From: an uncultured virus (IMG/VR IMGVR_UViG_3300028678_000003)
Lineage: Duplodnaviria > Heunggongvirae > Uroviricota > Caudoviricetes
Reading direction: 5' to 3' (one strand)
DNA length: 64,000 nucleotides
Virus record (IMG/VR): IMGVR_UViG_3300028678_000003
In this document: one piece after another, positions 28,140 to 37,542 of the stretch
Numbering within the stretch: the stretch's first letter is position 1
Layout of the letters: every line of letters starts with the position of its first letter
Notes under the pieces: generated by a model
The model's input: only the letters and a program-made list of their open reading frames with translations
Database searches by the model: none
Told to the model about the DNA's origin: nothing
Translations under genes and position numbers: made by a program

Positions 28140-29122
28140 TTTTTGATAGGCTTAATAATTTCGTTGATTAATTTTTTGTACCTCGAATTAATCTTTTTGT
28201 CCAATTCTTCGAATACGGTTGGCAATTCCTTTTTCAACCAATCAGGCGCGATAAAATAATGCATAAAATTTTCTGCAAACACTTCATTGCTCTTGCTAAT
28301 CTCATAAGGGCTGCTTGCGTGCGTAATGGTTTTAGCAAACCCCTTGTACCCCTTACTTTCAAAGTGGTCATAATGATGTCCTAATTCATGCACAAACGTA
28401 TTTGCATCCAATTTGGAAGGCATAGAGATAGTATCTATCAAATCATGTCCAGCTATATTTCCAGAGCCGCCGTTGTACTCCCTCAACACCAACTTTAATT
28501 TAATATCCCTTGTTATTTTTTCAGCTTCATCGAACGAAATTTCAATATCTAAATTAACAGGCTGTTCTAAATTTCTTAGTTGATATATCTTCTTAGCGTA
28601 TTTTATGTAATTGTCAAAATTCAAAAAATCTGTTTTGTGCTTAATGTCTTTTAAATTCGCACTTTGTATATAACTATCATCTTTGTCTAATTCATCATAA
28701 TTAATATCGAATTTAGTTTTTAGCAAATCTTTGTATTTTTGATACTTATCAAGTTTCGGATTTAACGAAATAATATCTATGTACGCTTGAGCTTCATCAT
28801 TTATTTCGTGTTTCTTAGCAGCGGGTTTCGCATCGCTCTTGCTGACATTACGCCAATCATACTTCCCTGAAGGAAGCTGTTTCCAGACCCATTTACCGTT
28901 CGGATGAATATCTCCCACGTTATGCCCCTTTTCAATGTCGTTTTCTTGCGCCTTATCGATGTCCTCGTCTTTGGTGTCGACTGCCGCTGATTTAGCGATA
29001 TACTTTAACACATCCGCAACCGCCCCCGACAAATTAGTGTTGTATTCTGAAATGAACTTGTTTTCATATTCAGTTACAACTTTGAAGGGTGAAGGTATGA
29101 AATGTGAATCTTTCTTTGCCAT
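28136..29122 (-). CDS. Putative virion cargo protein with YDWR module and zincin metallopeptidase domain
   Basis: FVHELGHH...EVFAE motif. Start placed at MAKKDSHF (29122); 29158 is an alternative. Confidence 0.65.
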   Translation of the reverse strand: MAKKDSHFIPSPFKVVTEYENKFISEYNTNLSGAVADVLKYIAKSAAVDTKDEDIDKAQENDIEKGHNVGDIHPNGKWVWKQLPSGKYDWRNVSKSDAKPAAKKHEINDEAQAYIDIISLNPKLDKYQKYKDLLKTKFDINYDELDKDDSYIQSANLKDIKHKTDFLNFDNYIKYAKKIYQLRNLEQPVNLDIEISFDEAEKITRDIKLKLVLREYNGGSGNIAGHDLIDTISMPSKLDANTFVHELGHHYDHFESKGYKGFAKTITHASSPYEISKSNEVFAENFMHYFIAPDWLKKELPTVFEELDKKINSRYKKLINEIIKPIKK

Positions 29123-29123
29123 A

Positions 29124-30140
29124 TTATTTATCGCCTTTTTTGCTTTTTGATATTTCAACCGCTTCAGTCAGATATTTGTAATAATCTAAATAACCAGCTT
29201 TTTCTTGGCTCAACTCTTTATAAAAATCTAGAGACCTTTGTATTTTTTCGTCATCAAATTTAGAAACGAATGGCGCAAACATATCTGGCCATAAAGGTCT
29301 TTCGCCAAGCATGTTGACTAAATCGTCTTGTTTTATTTTTTTGCTTATTGCCAATTCGACTTTTCTTAATATGGCATATCTCGCCCCATAGTCTATATCT
29401 CCAGCTTTCGTGCCCTCATCGTAAATTCTTTGAGCTTCTTTTAATTGGTTTGCTAACCCTTTAAAATCAAATCCGCTTTTTTTATCTTCAACGTCTTTTG
29501 AATCAGGTTTTTCATCAAACTCGTACGAAGCTTTTTCGTGAGCATTACGCTGGTCGGTCAAGCTTTTTGCTGATTCTTTAGCTTCCGGAGTATCAACGCC
29601 CGACAGTTTCTCAATTGCTTCATTGAATGTTTTCACATGTCCAGCGTGTTCTTCCTTTGTCATGCCCATAGAAGATTTCTTGTCCATGCTGACCCCGCGT
29701 TTCTCGAGCTCTTTCTTTGCAGCTGAAACTAACTCTTCTTTTGCGTCTTTTGATTCCAAAACCTTTTTCAAAGTTTCAGTATCGGTCGTTGCAGCATGTT
29801 CTTCAAGTGTCTTCGTAATCGGCTTCTTCTTGCCGTTTTCGTCCAACTCAACTTTTTTGTTGTCTAAAAATTCTTTTGCCTTTGCTTTTTGTTCTGGAGT
29901 TGAATCATCTGAATCCATAACTCGCCTTGCTCTTATGGTTTGTTCAGAAGAAGCTGCCGACTTGACTTTCTTTGAGTCAACTTCGTTACCGTCTTTCTTT
30001 TCAGCCCCATACTTTTGTCCAACTCGGTTGAGTTTTTTGTTTTCCGGAGTATTTGCATAAACTCCGCTGCGAGATTTTTCAATTTCGTCTTCAAACCCCT
30101 TTAATATGTTTCTTCTTTTATCGTCTCCAATGTTTAACAT
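29124..30140 (-). CDS. Highly charged putative internal head protein
   Basis: Shared leader (GDD..NILKGF), IEKS site and ELEKRGV module. Confidence 0.55.
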   Translation of the reverse strand: MLNIGDDKRRNILKGFEDEIEKSRSGVYANTPENKKLNRVGQKYGAEKKDGNEVDSKKVKSAASSEQTIRARRVMDSDDSTPEQKAKAKEFLDNKKVELDENGKKKPITKTLEEHAATTDTETLKKVLESKDAKEELVSAAKKELEKRGVSMDKKSSMGMTKEEHAGHVKTFNEAIEKLSGVDTPEAKESAKSLTDQRNAHEKASYEFDEKPDSKDVEDKKSGFDFKGLANQLKEAQRIYDEGTKAGDIDYGARYAILRKVELAISKKIKQDDLVNMLGERPLWPDMFAPFVSKFDDEKIQRSLDFYKELSQEKAGYLDYYKYLTEAVEISKSKKGDK

Positions 30141-30152
30141 GATTTTGCGTGT

Positions 30153-30740
30153 TTAGAATTTTATACCAACATTTATTGTGTACCCTACTTGAGGACCTGA
30201 AACACCAACGTAACGTATTGCCGAAGCCCCAATCATATACTTTTGACCTAAATCAATCCCCGCTTGCACCTGATTCAAACTTAAATCTATCGACGACCCG
30301 ACCATACCGTAAAACTGAATTGCCGGAATACGAGTTATGGTATTGGTGGTCGTTATGTATTTAACAATCGGTTGTATGGTTGATTTTGCTTTTATTATTT
30401 TATTTCCCACAACTTTTACATCAACCTTAAACGTACCTAAACTGTCAGTTGAATAATCAAGATTGTAATCTCTTTCTAAATGGTAATCAGCCAAAATTGC
30501 TGTTGTGTCAACCTTTTGAATAATTGTTTTACCTGCTACAGCATACGGAACGGTATCATGCACCGCATAAGGAACTGGGTTATCCAATGTTTTAATAATC
30601 TCGTACGGAACTTTCTTAGTTACCGTTACCGTTTTAGTGTTTATTGCAGTTTTTACTGTTAAACGCCCCGTAAACAATCCAGCGAAAAATAAAACTACGA
30701 TAGTGATTCCTGCGGTCAAAAATTTGTTTCCTGTTGTCAT
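30153..30740 (-). CDS. Membrane-anchored protein, possible spanin-like lysis protein
   Basis: N-terminal TM helix and beta-strand-rich C-terminus ending in Phe. Overlaps the holin gene. Confidence 0.45.
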   Translation of the reverse strand: MTTGNKFLTAGITIVVLFFAGLFTGRLTVKTAINTKTVTVTKKVPYEIIKTLDNPVPYAVHDTVPYAVAGKTIIQKVDTTAILADYHLERDYNLDYSTDSLGTFKVDVKVVGNKIIKAKSTIQPIVKYITTTNTITRIPAIQFYGMVGSSIDLSLNQVQAGIDLGQKYMIGASAIRYVGVSGPQVGYTINVGIKF

Positions 30741-31255
30741 TTTTCTTCTTGTTTAAAATAGTTTTCTACATCGTCTTCGTGTACTCCTAACTTATGAGCT
30801 ATTTCGCCTGACAGTAATTTCTTCATCATTTTTACCGCTGGCAAATCAGGCTTTATTATTAACATATGAGCGCATACAGAAAAGAACTCGGCTGCACATA
30901 ATAACGCTGTTACGAAAACAGTCCCTATACTTATGTCGTTGTTGATTAAAACTTTTTCTAAGACCAACGGCATAAAAAATAAAACAAAATACATTACCAA
31001 TTTCACCGCTGTTGAATAAAGCGCGATGCTTATTTTAAATTTACGAACCTTCAAAGAAGACCAACACCCAAAAAATAAATCGATAAAAAGAGCCAACAGC
31101 ACCCAATGAAATAATTGCGCCTTTACGCCAAACGTTGCGGCAACGAACATCATAAACATCATCCCCCAACCCATGACAGTACTGAAAATAAGTCTTAGTT
31201 TTAAGACTAAATCGTCTATTGTTAAAACAACTTTTTGAAAAGCATTCAATTCCAT
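30737..31255 (-). CDS. Holin (phage holin family 4-like)
   Basis: Three to four TM segments with D...G, K...Y and EFFS pattern. Confidence 0.65.
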   Translation of the reverse strand: MELNAFQKVVLTIDDLVLKLRLIFSTVMGWGMMFMMFVAATFGVKAQLFHWVLLALFIDLFFGCWSSLKVRKFKISIALYSTAVKLVMYFVLFFMPLVLEKVLINNDISIGTVFVTALLCAAEFFSVCAHMLIIKPDLPAVKMMKKLLSGEIAHKLGVHEDDVENYFKQEEK

Positions 31256-31299
31256 CTCATATTACTATTTTATGCAAATTTATAGCCCTGTATATCTAT

Positions 31300-33048
31300 T
31301 TATTTGTACACAACTGTGCTGTCTATGCTATAATCTTCGGTCAAATCGCTGGTCGGTGCTAAGCTATTTATCGACACTGAATAATCTACCCCAGCCACAG
31401 CATTTTCCTGCTGGTTAGCGGGATTATACACATCGTCGATAATGTATGTTTCCGATTCTACTCCTCCAATTGGTATGGTTATATTATGGTCTACGGTGAC
31501 GTCTGGACCAGTCGTCCTAGCGTAACCTATTATATTAGAAACTAATGCGCTACCAACCGCCTCGCTGCTAGTAGCCTTGATGTGTATCTGGTCTCTAAAT
31601 GGACCATCAGTTTGGTCATATTTAACAAACAATACATTAAGCGTTATCAAATTTTGTATTTTGGTAGACCCCGAAACAACCAAAGTGTCATCGGATATCA
31701 AAGTCAATGCAACCACATCCAGTTTTAAAATTTGGTTTGCTGCGTATGTAGTGGCAAAATATCTCCAAATCGATGCCGAATCGCTTTTATGAACTTCTGC
31801 CGCCCAAACTGTTGATGATACTTTAGTAATGCGTAACCAAAGAGGATATTGTCCAGCCTTGAATATAATTTGTATTATTGGACGTTTTGAAGAAATAAAG
31901 TCGGCTTGAGAAGCCCAAATATTCATAACATCGCGTACAGAACTCCAAGCGTATGAAAAATCTGCGTAATACACTTCTACAGATTCACCAACTGCTAAGT
32001 TTTGAGCTAACCAAGTTGATTTATCTCCGGAAAGTTGTTTCCTGTAAGTCTTGGAAAAATTGCTAACAAACGCATTAGTGTTATTTATTTGAGCTTGCGT
32101 TTTTCTGAAAGCCGAATCCACGCTGTCATTGTTGTTTATGGCGGAAACAGAAGAAGATGGGGAAAAATCAAGCGACAATTTAATTCCTGTCGCTTCTTTA
32201 AATTTGTTTATCCAGCGTTGAAACTTGGACACTATTATTAACAAAGAATCGTTTAATAATATGTCCGTCGCTTCTCCCGTTGCGACAAGAGATGGGACTG
32301 TCTTTGAATAAATCTCATTAGACGAAGTTTGATTATTAATTTCTTCAGCGGTCTTAGCTACAATACTTTGATAGTTAGAACCTATCGCTGTTGTATCTCG
32401 GGACACCAAATCCATGTCGGTATCATATTTTTCTTTAGATACAAATCCCCCCGCCTTATCTTTCCAAGAATCCAACGCCCATTTGAAATTGAAATACAAT
32501 CCATTATTCCAAGATATCAAATTGCCTTGACCCTCCGATATCAGCTTAGATAATTTGTATTTTGCTAACGAAAATATCCCCTCGACTTTTGATTTACCGA
32601 AAATATACCCATCAGTAAAATCAAAGTCGACTTCATCAAATGTGAATATTAATTTCTTATTGGTTAAATCAAACACGCCTGCCAAATCATCAATCAGTAA
32701 ATTAGATGACGTAACGTGGTATTGTATGTTAGTTCCTAAATCATCAACAACGATATTTCCTAATGCGTCTGTGTATTGAACCTTGGTGGTTGTAATTGCA
32801 ACTGCTATCGCATTTAATTTATCTGTTATTCTATAATGAGCCCCCAATGACAACCCATCACCCGAAGCAAGATTAACTAACTCGCTGTATTGAATAACGG
32901 ATATAATTTCTTGCTTCAAAACAATCCAATTCAAAAGAAAAAAATCATAAACTTTATGACATTTCTGAGAAGGGGTTGTGTCAAACCAAATTAATGTAGT
33001 ATCTTCCGGAGCGTTAGCTCCTATATACAAACCTGAAGTATCAGCCAT
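31300..33048 (-). CDS. Putative virion structural protein (fibre or decoration-like)
   Basis: 582 aa. N-terminal GANAPEDTTLIWFDT and two DS......KxQ repeats resemble fibre proteins. Confidence 0.4.
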   Translation of the reverse strand: MADTSGLYIGANAPEDTTLIWFDTTPSQKCHKVYDFFLLNWIVLKQEIISVIQYSELVNLASGDGLSLGAHYRITDKLNAIAVAITTTKVQYTDALGNIVVDDLGTNIQYHVTSSNLLIDDLAGVFDLTNKKLIFTFDEVDFDFTDGYIFGKSKVEGIFSLAKYKLSKLISEGQGNLISWNNGLYFNFKWALDSWKDKAGGFVSKEKYDTDMDLVSRDTTAIGSNYQSIVAKTAEEINNQTSSNEIYSKTVPSLVATGEATDILLNDSLLIIVSKFQRWINKFKEATGIKLSLDFSPSSSVSAINNNDSVDSAFRKTQAQINNTNAFVSNFSKTYRKQLSGDKSTWLAQNLAVGESVEVYYADFSYAWSSVRDVMNIWASQADFISSKRPIIQIIFKAGQYPLWLRITKVSSTVWAAEVHKSDSASIWRYFATTYAANQILKLDVVALTLISDDTLVVSGSTKIQNLITLNVLFVKYDQTDGPFRDQIHIKATSSEAVGSALVSNIIGYARTTGPDVTVDHNITIPIGGVESETYIIDDVYNPANQQENAVAGVDYSVSINSLAPTSDLTEDYSIDSTVVYK

Positions 33049-33059
33049 GATTTTTATTT

Positions 33060-33311
33060 TTAGCGAGTGTAAACGTAATCGGATCTGTCATTCCAAACCG
33101 AAATAAAATCCATTGTTGATTGCGCATATTCAACGATCGTCACAGTTCCAGTAACGGTAGTTTTTGATATCCTCCAACCTGCTCGAGATGGGTCTGTCCC
33201 TAGAGGTGCATACCCTTTATAAGTACCGCCCACTTGAACATCTACGATAGGTTCTGGCATGGTATCGCTCAAAAGTTGTACTATTGGTGCGTTAGTTTTT
33301 TGTACTTCCAT
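33060..33311 (-). CDS. Small hypothetical (possibly structural) protein
   Basis: 83 aa overlapping the end of the portal gene. Confidence 0.5.
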   Translation of the reverse strand: MEVQKTNAPIVQLLSDTMPEPIVDVQVGGTYKGYAPLGTDPSRAGWRISKTTVTGTVTIVEYAQSTMDFISVWNDRSDYVYTR

Positions 33312-34989
33312 CTTCTTCTTGTTTTAAAAAATTGTCAAATGCTTTTATAAATGAATTGTCTTCTGCTTTTTCTGAATCCTCGTCGTCGTTGTCGTATTCG
33401 CTACCTGAAGCGTCCTCGTCAACAACAGCTTCGTCAAATGGGTTATAAGTATCTTCTCCAGCTCCATTCATATTTGCTTGCTGTGTAGCCTGAGCGGCTT
33501 GTGTCTTAGCCGAAATATAAACTGCGTTTTCGATTATTTCACCTTCTTCGCCAATTGGTTCAAGTTCCCATTTCTCGCGGATTTCATTAATCTTCATGAA
33601 ACTTCCAAGCTTCTTCACGTCCAAATCAACCTCTTCTGAAATGGTCATTCCATTTAACCCTACGAATTGGAACTCAAATTCGGGATTTACTTGTTCTACA
33701 ATGTATTTGTTTATTTTACGTTGAAGAAATTTCAACAGCGGATATAACCCCTTATCCTTAGAATTTTTGAGACGTTCAGCTTGACTTCCTTCAAACATTC
33801 CTCCGCCACCCGATTTTGATATGTCCCACCCTATTTCAGTTGGGTCAATAGAATAAATGGCACATGCGAGTTTTATTAAGTATTCAATCCAAGCCGTATA
33901 TTCCATATCCCGATTGTTCTTCTGCAAGTCAATCCAGTCTATGTCGCCTTCTACCACAGGAGTCTTCCAGCTTTGCATAACGCCCGTAATCATAGATTGC
34001 CATTGTTGCTTAAATTGTTGAAGAGACGCTTCGTTGACATTACCCTTAACACGCAACAACCCTTTAGGAGCCGAACCTTGTGAAAAGAACCTACGATTAT
34101 ACTCATCTCCCCACAACATGGAAGTAACTACATTTATCAATTCTTCAAGTTCTGAAGTGCCATACCCGTTTGCGTAAATACTAGACGAAGGATTACGTAC
34201 ACCGAAACACATTTCCCAAGGCAAAAATTCGCTTACTACTGCGTTTTGATATATTTGTACGTACGACGGTTTATAACCCTTTACCATCTGCCCTAGCATA
34301 CGGTCTTGATTCGTAAAGGCAGTATTCCTTTTAAAGAAAACGTTTGTTGAATTATTGTCGAAGTAAGACTCAGCCATTCTGAAAGATGAAGCGTCCGTCG
34401 CCATAAATTGAGTAAGTTTCCCCCTTCGGTTACGGATGCACTCAAAAGTCATCTGGTCGTAAACTAATGAATCATCGACAGATTTTCGTATGAACGTATC
34501 AAAGTCATCGTGTTCCCAAGAATTAACTTCCCCGCAATTTAGAATAAAGTCAGTTATCGCATTAGCTATCCTTTTGTCCTTATCATCCATTTTAGAATTA
34601 ACCCCAAACTTCGGTTTCTTGCGAATTACGAATCCCGTTGAATACTTGTCGGATTGAGGCTCGGCAAAATCAGCAATTTGATTCTTACGAGTTTTTATTA
34701 TGGCGTTTATAATGGGAGCTTTTGACATCCGTTTCAGCGTGGTGTAAGATAGCGAAAACGGTTTATCCTTGAATCCTAACGAGCTTTGAAATTCGAGAGG
34801 GTCTACAAAGAAGGATTTTGAATCATCGGGTTGTTTAGGTTGTATAGACGCTAATGAATTAGCCGCCTTTATCATGTCGTCTGGATGGTCTGACTTTAAC
34901 GCCTTTTCGAGCGTCCTCAGTTTTTTATAGTGTAAAAGCTGTTCCGCCTTTTCTATCGCTTCAATTTGTGTCGCTAATTTGCCAGCCAT
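33292..34989 (-). CDS. Portal protein
   Basis: GYGTSELE, FFSQGSAPKGLL, IDPTEIG and SKDKGLYPLL motifs of SPO1/Twort-like portals. Confidence 0.9.
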   Translation of the reverse strand: MAGKLATQIEAIEKAEQLLHYKKLRTLEKALKSDHPDDMIKAANSLASIQPKQPDDSKSFFVDPLEFQSSLGFKDKPFSLSYTTLKRMSKAPIINAIIKTRKNQIADFAEPQSDKYSTGFVIRKKPKFGVNSKMDDKDKRIANAITDFILNCGEVNSWEHDDFDTFIRKSVDDSLVYDQMTFECIRNRRGKLTQFMATDASSFRMAESYFDNNSTNVFFKRNTAFTNQDRMLGQMVKGYKPSYVQIYQNAVVSEFLPWEMCFGVRNPSSSIYANGYGTSELEELINVVTSMLWGDEYNRRFFSQGSAPKGLLRVKGNVNEASLQQFKQQWQSMITGVMQSWKTPVVEGDIDWIDLQKNNRDMEYTAWIEYLIKLACAIYSIDPTEIGWDISKSGGGGMFEGSQAERLKNSKDKGLYPLLKFLQRKINKYIVEQVNPEFEFQFVGLNGMTISEEVDLDVKKLGSFMKINEIREKWELEPIGEEGEIIENAVYISAKTQAAQATQQANMNGAGEDTYNPFDEAVVDEDASGSEYDNDDEDSEKAEDNSFIKAFDNFLKQEEDGSTKN

Positions 34990-35016
34990 TTAGATAATTA
35001 AATTTAGTTTCATTAT

Positions 35017-35331
35017 CTATATAACTGCTAAACCAATTTTAATTTTGCGAAGATCTTTATTTTCACAAATTACATATTTGTCAGTCAATGTTTCGTGAGT
35101 AGCCAACACCGCATCCTCAATATCGTATAATTCGGTATCATCATCAAAGCTACTGAAAGACTCAAATTCTTTTAGTTTTTCCCAAATAGAGTCAAACTCT
35201 TCAATGTCTTCAATGGTCATAGCGCTAAAATCTGAAAGAAATACCAAGTCTTTAACTTGCGTATCCATTTCTCCTGCTAACAACTGCAAGTCTATATCTA
35301 AATTAATAGTTTTATAATCGTTCCACTTCAT
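35017..35331 (-). CDS. Acidic hypothetical protein
   Basis: 104 aa, very D/E-rich. Confidence 0.55.
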   Translation of the reverse strand: MKWNDYKTINLDIDLQLLAGEMDTQVKDLVFLSDFSAMTIEDIEEFDSIWEKLKEFESFSSFDDDTELYDIEDAVLATHETLTDKYVICENKDLRKIKIGLAVI

Positions 35332-35332
35332 G

Positions 35333-36343
35333 TCATTTACCGATTACGCCCGTTGATTGTGGTACAAATTTAGACCTTTGTTTGCCTTCTCCAATTGTCA
35401 TTTTCCAATACTTTTGAAATTCACATAGCCACATCTCTATCTGATGCAATGTGATATTGCATTCCTTGTCTGTGTAGTATTTACCTTTATCTTTATTCCA
35501 ATAGAGGTAAGGCATCGAACCGAACCTCTTCAGCTCAACTTCAGCTAAATCTCTAAGCATATAGATTCCTATTTTTTGAGCCTTCCCTTTTAAGTTAGGG
35601 AAAATTAACCGTATCCCCACGCTAGCGCCAGGACCGACATTGGTGTAATCGTCTTGAGTGAACTTCATGAACCTTCGATTTGTGTAGCGAAAGATGTAAG
35701 TAAAATCTTGATAAAATTCGTGCGCTATGAAATCAGCAACCCCAGGATATGACTTCAAATGTTTAATTATATCTTCCGGAGTTTTAGCGGTCAAAACTGT
35801 CTTTACTATGTTGTTGATATTTTTATGAAGCGTTGGGATTACAACTCGAGTATAACAATAATCGCGGGTGTGGTGAGGTGAGGCTTGTGAATTTATTAGA
35901 TAAGCGTTGGTGAAAGGGTTGGCGTTGCAATCTCTTACTTCTTGTATTACTTCAGCAAAATCATCTTCATCAAAATCTTCCCAATTCTGGATACCCGCCT
36001 TCCAGCCGCGAGTCATTACCGCATATTCAAAAGTATTGGGATTGTTAAAATAGCGAAAGAACATTATCTTCCATATCAGGTTCCGGAGCGATAAACTATC
36101 ATCCAGAATAATATTCTTGATTTGCCATTGTGAATTTTTATCCAACTCACGATAAACGTTTGTAAACTTTGATTCAGATAGTATCTTATTTTTAGTCCAT
36201 GGCGCGGGAGTCTTGTCTATAAAACGTTTCTTCCATACATTTTGGCGCTCAAACATTACATTGAAAAACAATTCCAGATTTGGTCTATAAACTTCCAAAT
36301 CTTCTTCAGGCAAAGAACTATGCCAACTATTTCTTTCAAACAT
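35333..36343 (-). CDS. aGPT-Pplase1 / 5-hmdU DNA kinase-like DNA-modification protein
   Basis: KFTNVYRELD, FRYFN, FIAHE...D, GPGA..G and IEMWLCEFQKY motifs of this family. Confidence 0.75.
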   Translation of the reverse strand: MFERNSWHSSLPEEDLEVYRPNLELFFNVMFERQNVWKKRFIDKTPAPWTKNKILSESKFTNVYRELDKNSQWQIKNIILDDSLSLRNLIWKIMFFRYFNNPNTFEYAVMTRGWKAGIQNWEDFDEDDFAEVIQEVRDCNANPFTNAYLINSQASPHHTRDYCYTRVVIPTLHKNINNIVKTVLTAKTPEDIIKHLKSYPGVADFIAHEFYQDFTYIFRYTNRRFMKFTQDDYTNVGPGASVGIRLIFPNLKGKAQKIGIYMLRDLAEVELKRFGSMPYLYWNKDKGKYYTDKECNITLHQIEMWLCEFQKYWKMTIGEGKQRSKFVPQSTGVIGK

Positions 36344-36350
36344 ACGCTAT

Positions 36351-36656
36351 TTAATTTTTTCTTGACCTAATTATTAATTCTCTTTTTGCTTCGATATTGC
36401 CTTTGGAAAGAAGTTTTATTATTACTTCTTTCTTCAACTTAATAAATGGTCTTCTATAAGAATTAATTAATTTAGTATCGGACAATGTAAAATTACAAGT
36501 GTTTTTTATGCAGATTGGTTTGTTTGCAAAATGAACTGAAAACTCAGGTTGATATTTGTTACCGTGAAAACCGTGTATGACGAATAATATATCGCCCCAT
36601 ACGCTTTCATTCTTTACAATATCGCCCTCCTTAAAATACCCGTGAATTGACTCCAT
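36351..36656 (-). CDS. Hypothetical protein
   Basis: 101 aa ORF in the operon. Confidence 0.55.
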   Translation of the reverse strand: MESIHGYFKEGDIVKNESVWGDILFVIHGFHGNKYQPEFSVHFANKPICIKNTCNFTLSDTKLINSYRRPFIKLKKEVIIKLLSKGNIEAKRELIIRSRKN

Positions 36657-36693
36657 GCTATATGACTCTTTTTATTTTATAAAACTTTGAACT

Positions 36694-36728
36694 AAAAAGA
36701 AGAGCGAACTTCACAGCCCGCTCTCTCT
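36694..36728 (-). terminator. Rho-independent terminator
   Basis: Minus strand GAGAGCGGGCT...AGTTCGCTCTTCTTTTT. Confidence 0.7.
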
Positions 36729-36769
36729 CAATTGACAAATCTTAAATTTAACCAAATCACCCTATGAAA

Positions 36770-37531
36770 TTATTTTCCAAACCCAAATGCAATAACCTGT
36801 CTTGGTGACAACTCGTAACTTGAAGTATCTTTTATTTCTTGAAGCAATTCGCAAGCCTTAATATCAGTCATGATATTACAAATCTTTGAAACCGTGTCGT
36901 TGTATTTTCTGCGCGTATCAGCTTCAGCTTTTGAGGCAGGGCAACAATTTGGTTTTGACTGTGCGTCGGTTACCGATAGGCTTTCAGCCACAGCGCCGCA
37001 ATTTTCTTTTAAATTCGTGTCTTCCCAATCGTACACCTTGAAGGGAACTGACAGTTTCATGTCTTGTGTCCACCAAGGCGATACGTCTTTGGTAGGAGCT
37101 GCTCCGCAATCTTCAAGTAAAGTATTAGCAGCGGCGGTTTGAACGGCAAGGTCGGCATTTAAAGCGGGTAAAACCCCCGTATTAATCTGATCTTTTATTT
37201 CCTTGCCAGTTTTACTGAACTTTATACCACCGTCGTTCATTGCATACAGAATATCCGACTTCTCTACGTCGTCAACGGGTGCACCTTGAGTATCATCTTC
37301 GCTGACTGCCTTTTCAAAAGGGTTTTCGTCGACTTCTTCGACAACCTCAACCGCCTTTTCAATTTCGGCTTCGTCCACGTCGTCAACTGCTTTTTCAATG
37401 TCAACCTCAGCGGATTTTGCTAAATTAGATTCAGCGTCATCAGCTTTCAGCTGGTCTGAATTTGTAAAACCGTTGGCGATATGTAACCGCCGCGCTTGTT
37501 GCGCTTTTCTTATTTCGTCTCCTACGTTCAT
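36770..37531 (-). CDS. Putative internal head/core protein with repeated EKA/EKS sites
   Basis: Shared leader, then LAKS, IEKA, IEKA, FEKA and VEKS in an acidic N-terminal region. Confidence 0.55.
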   Translation of the reverse strand: MNVGDEIRKAQQARRLHIANGFTNSDQLKADDAESNLAKSAEVDIEKAVDDVDEAEIEKAVEVVEEVDENPFEKAVSEDDTQGAPVDDVEKSDILYAMNDGGIKFSKTGKEIKDQINTGVLPALNADLAVQTAAANTLLEDCGAAPTKDVSPWWTQDMKLSVPFKVYDWEDTNLKENCGAVAESLSVTDAQSKPNCCPASKAEADTRRKYNDTVSKICNIMTDIKACELLQEIKDTSSYELSPRQVIAFGFGK

Positions 37532-37542
37532 GGTTTTATGTT

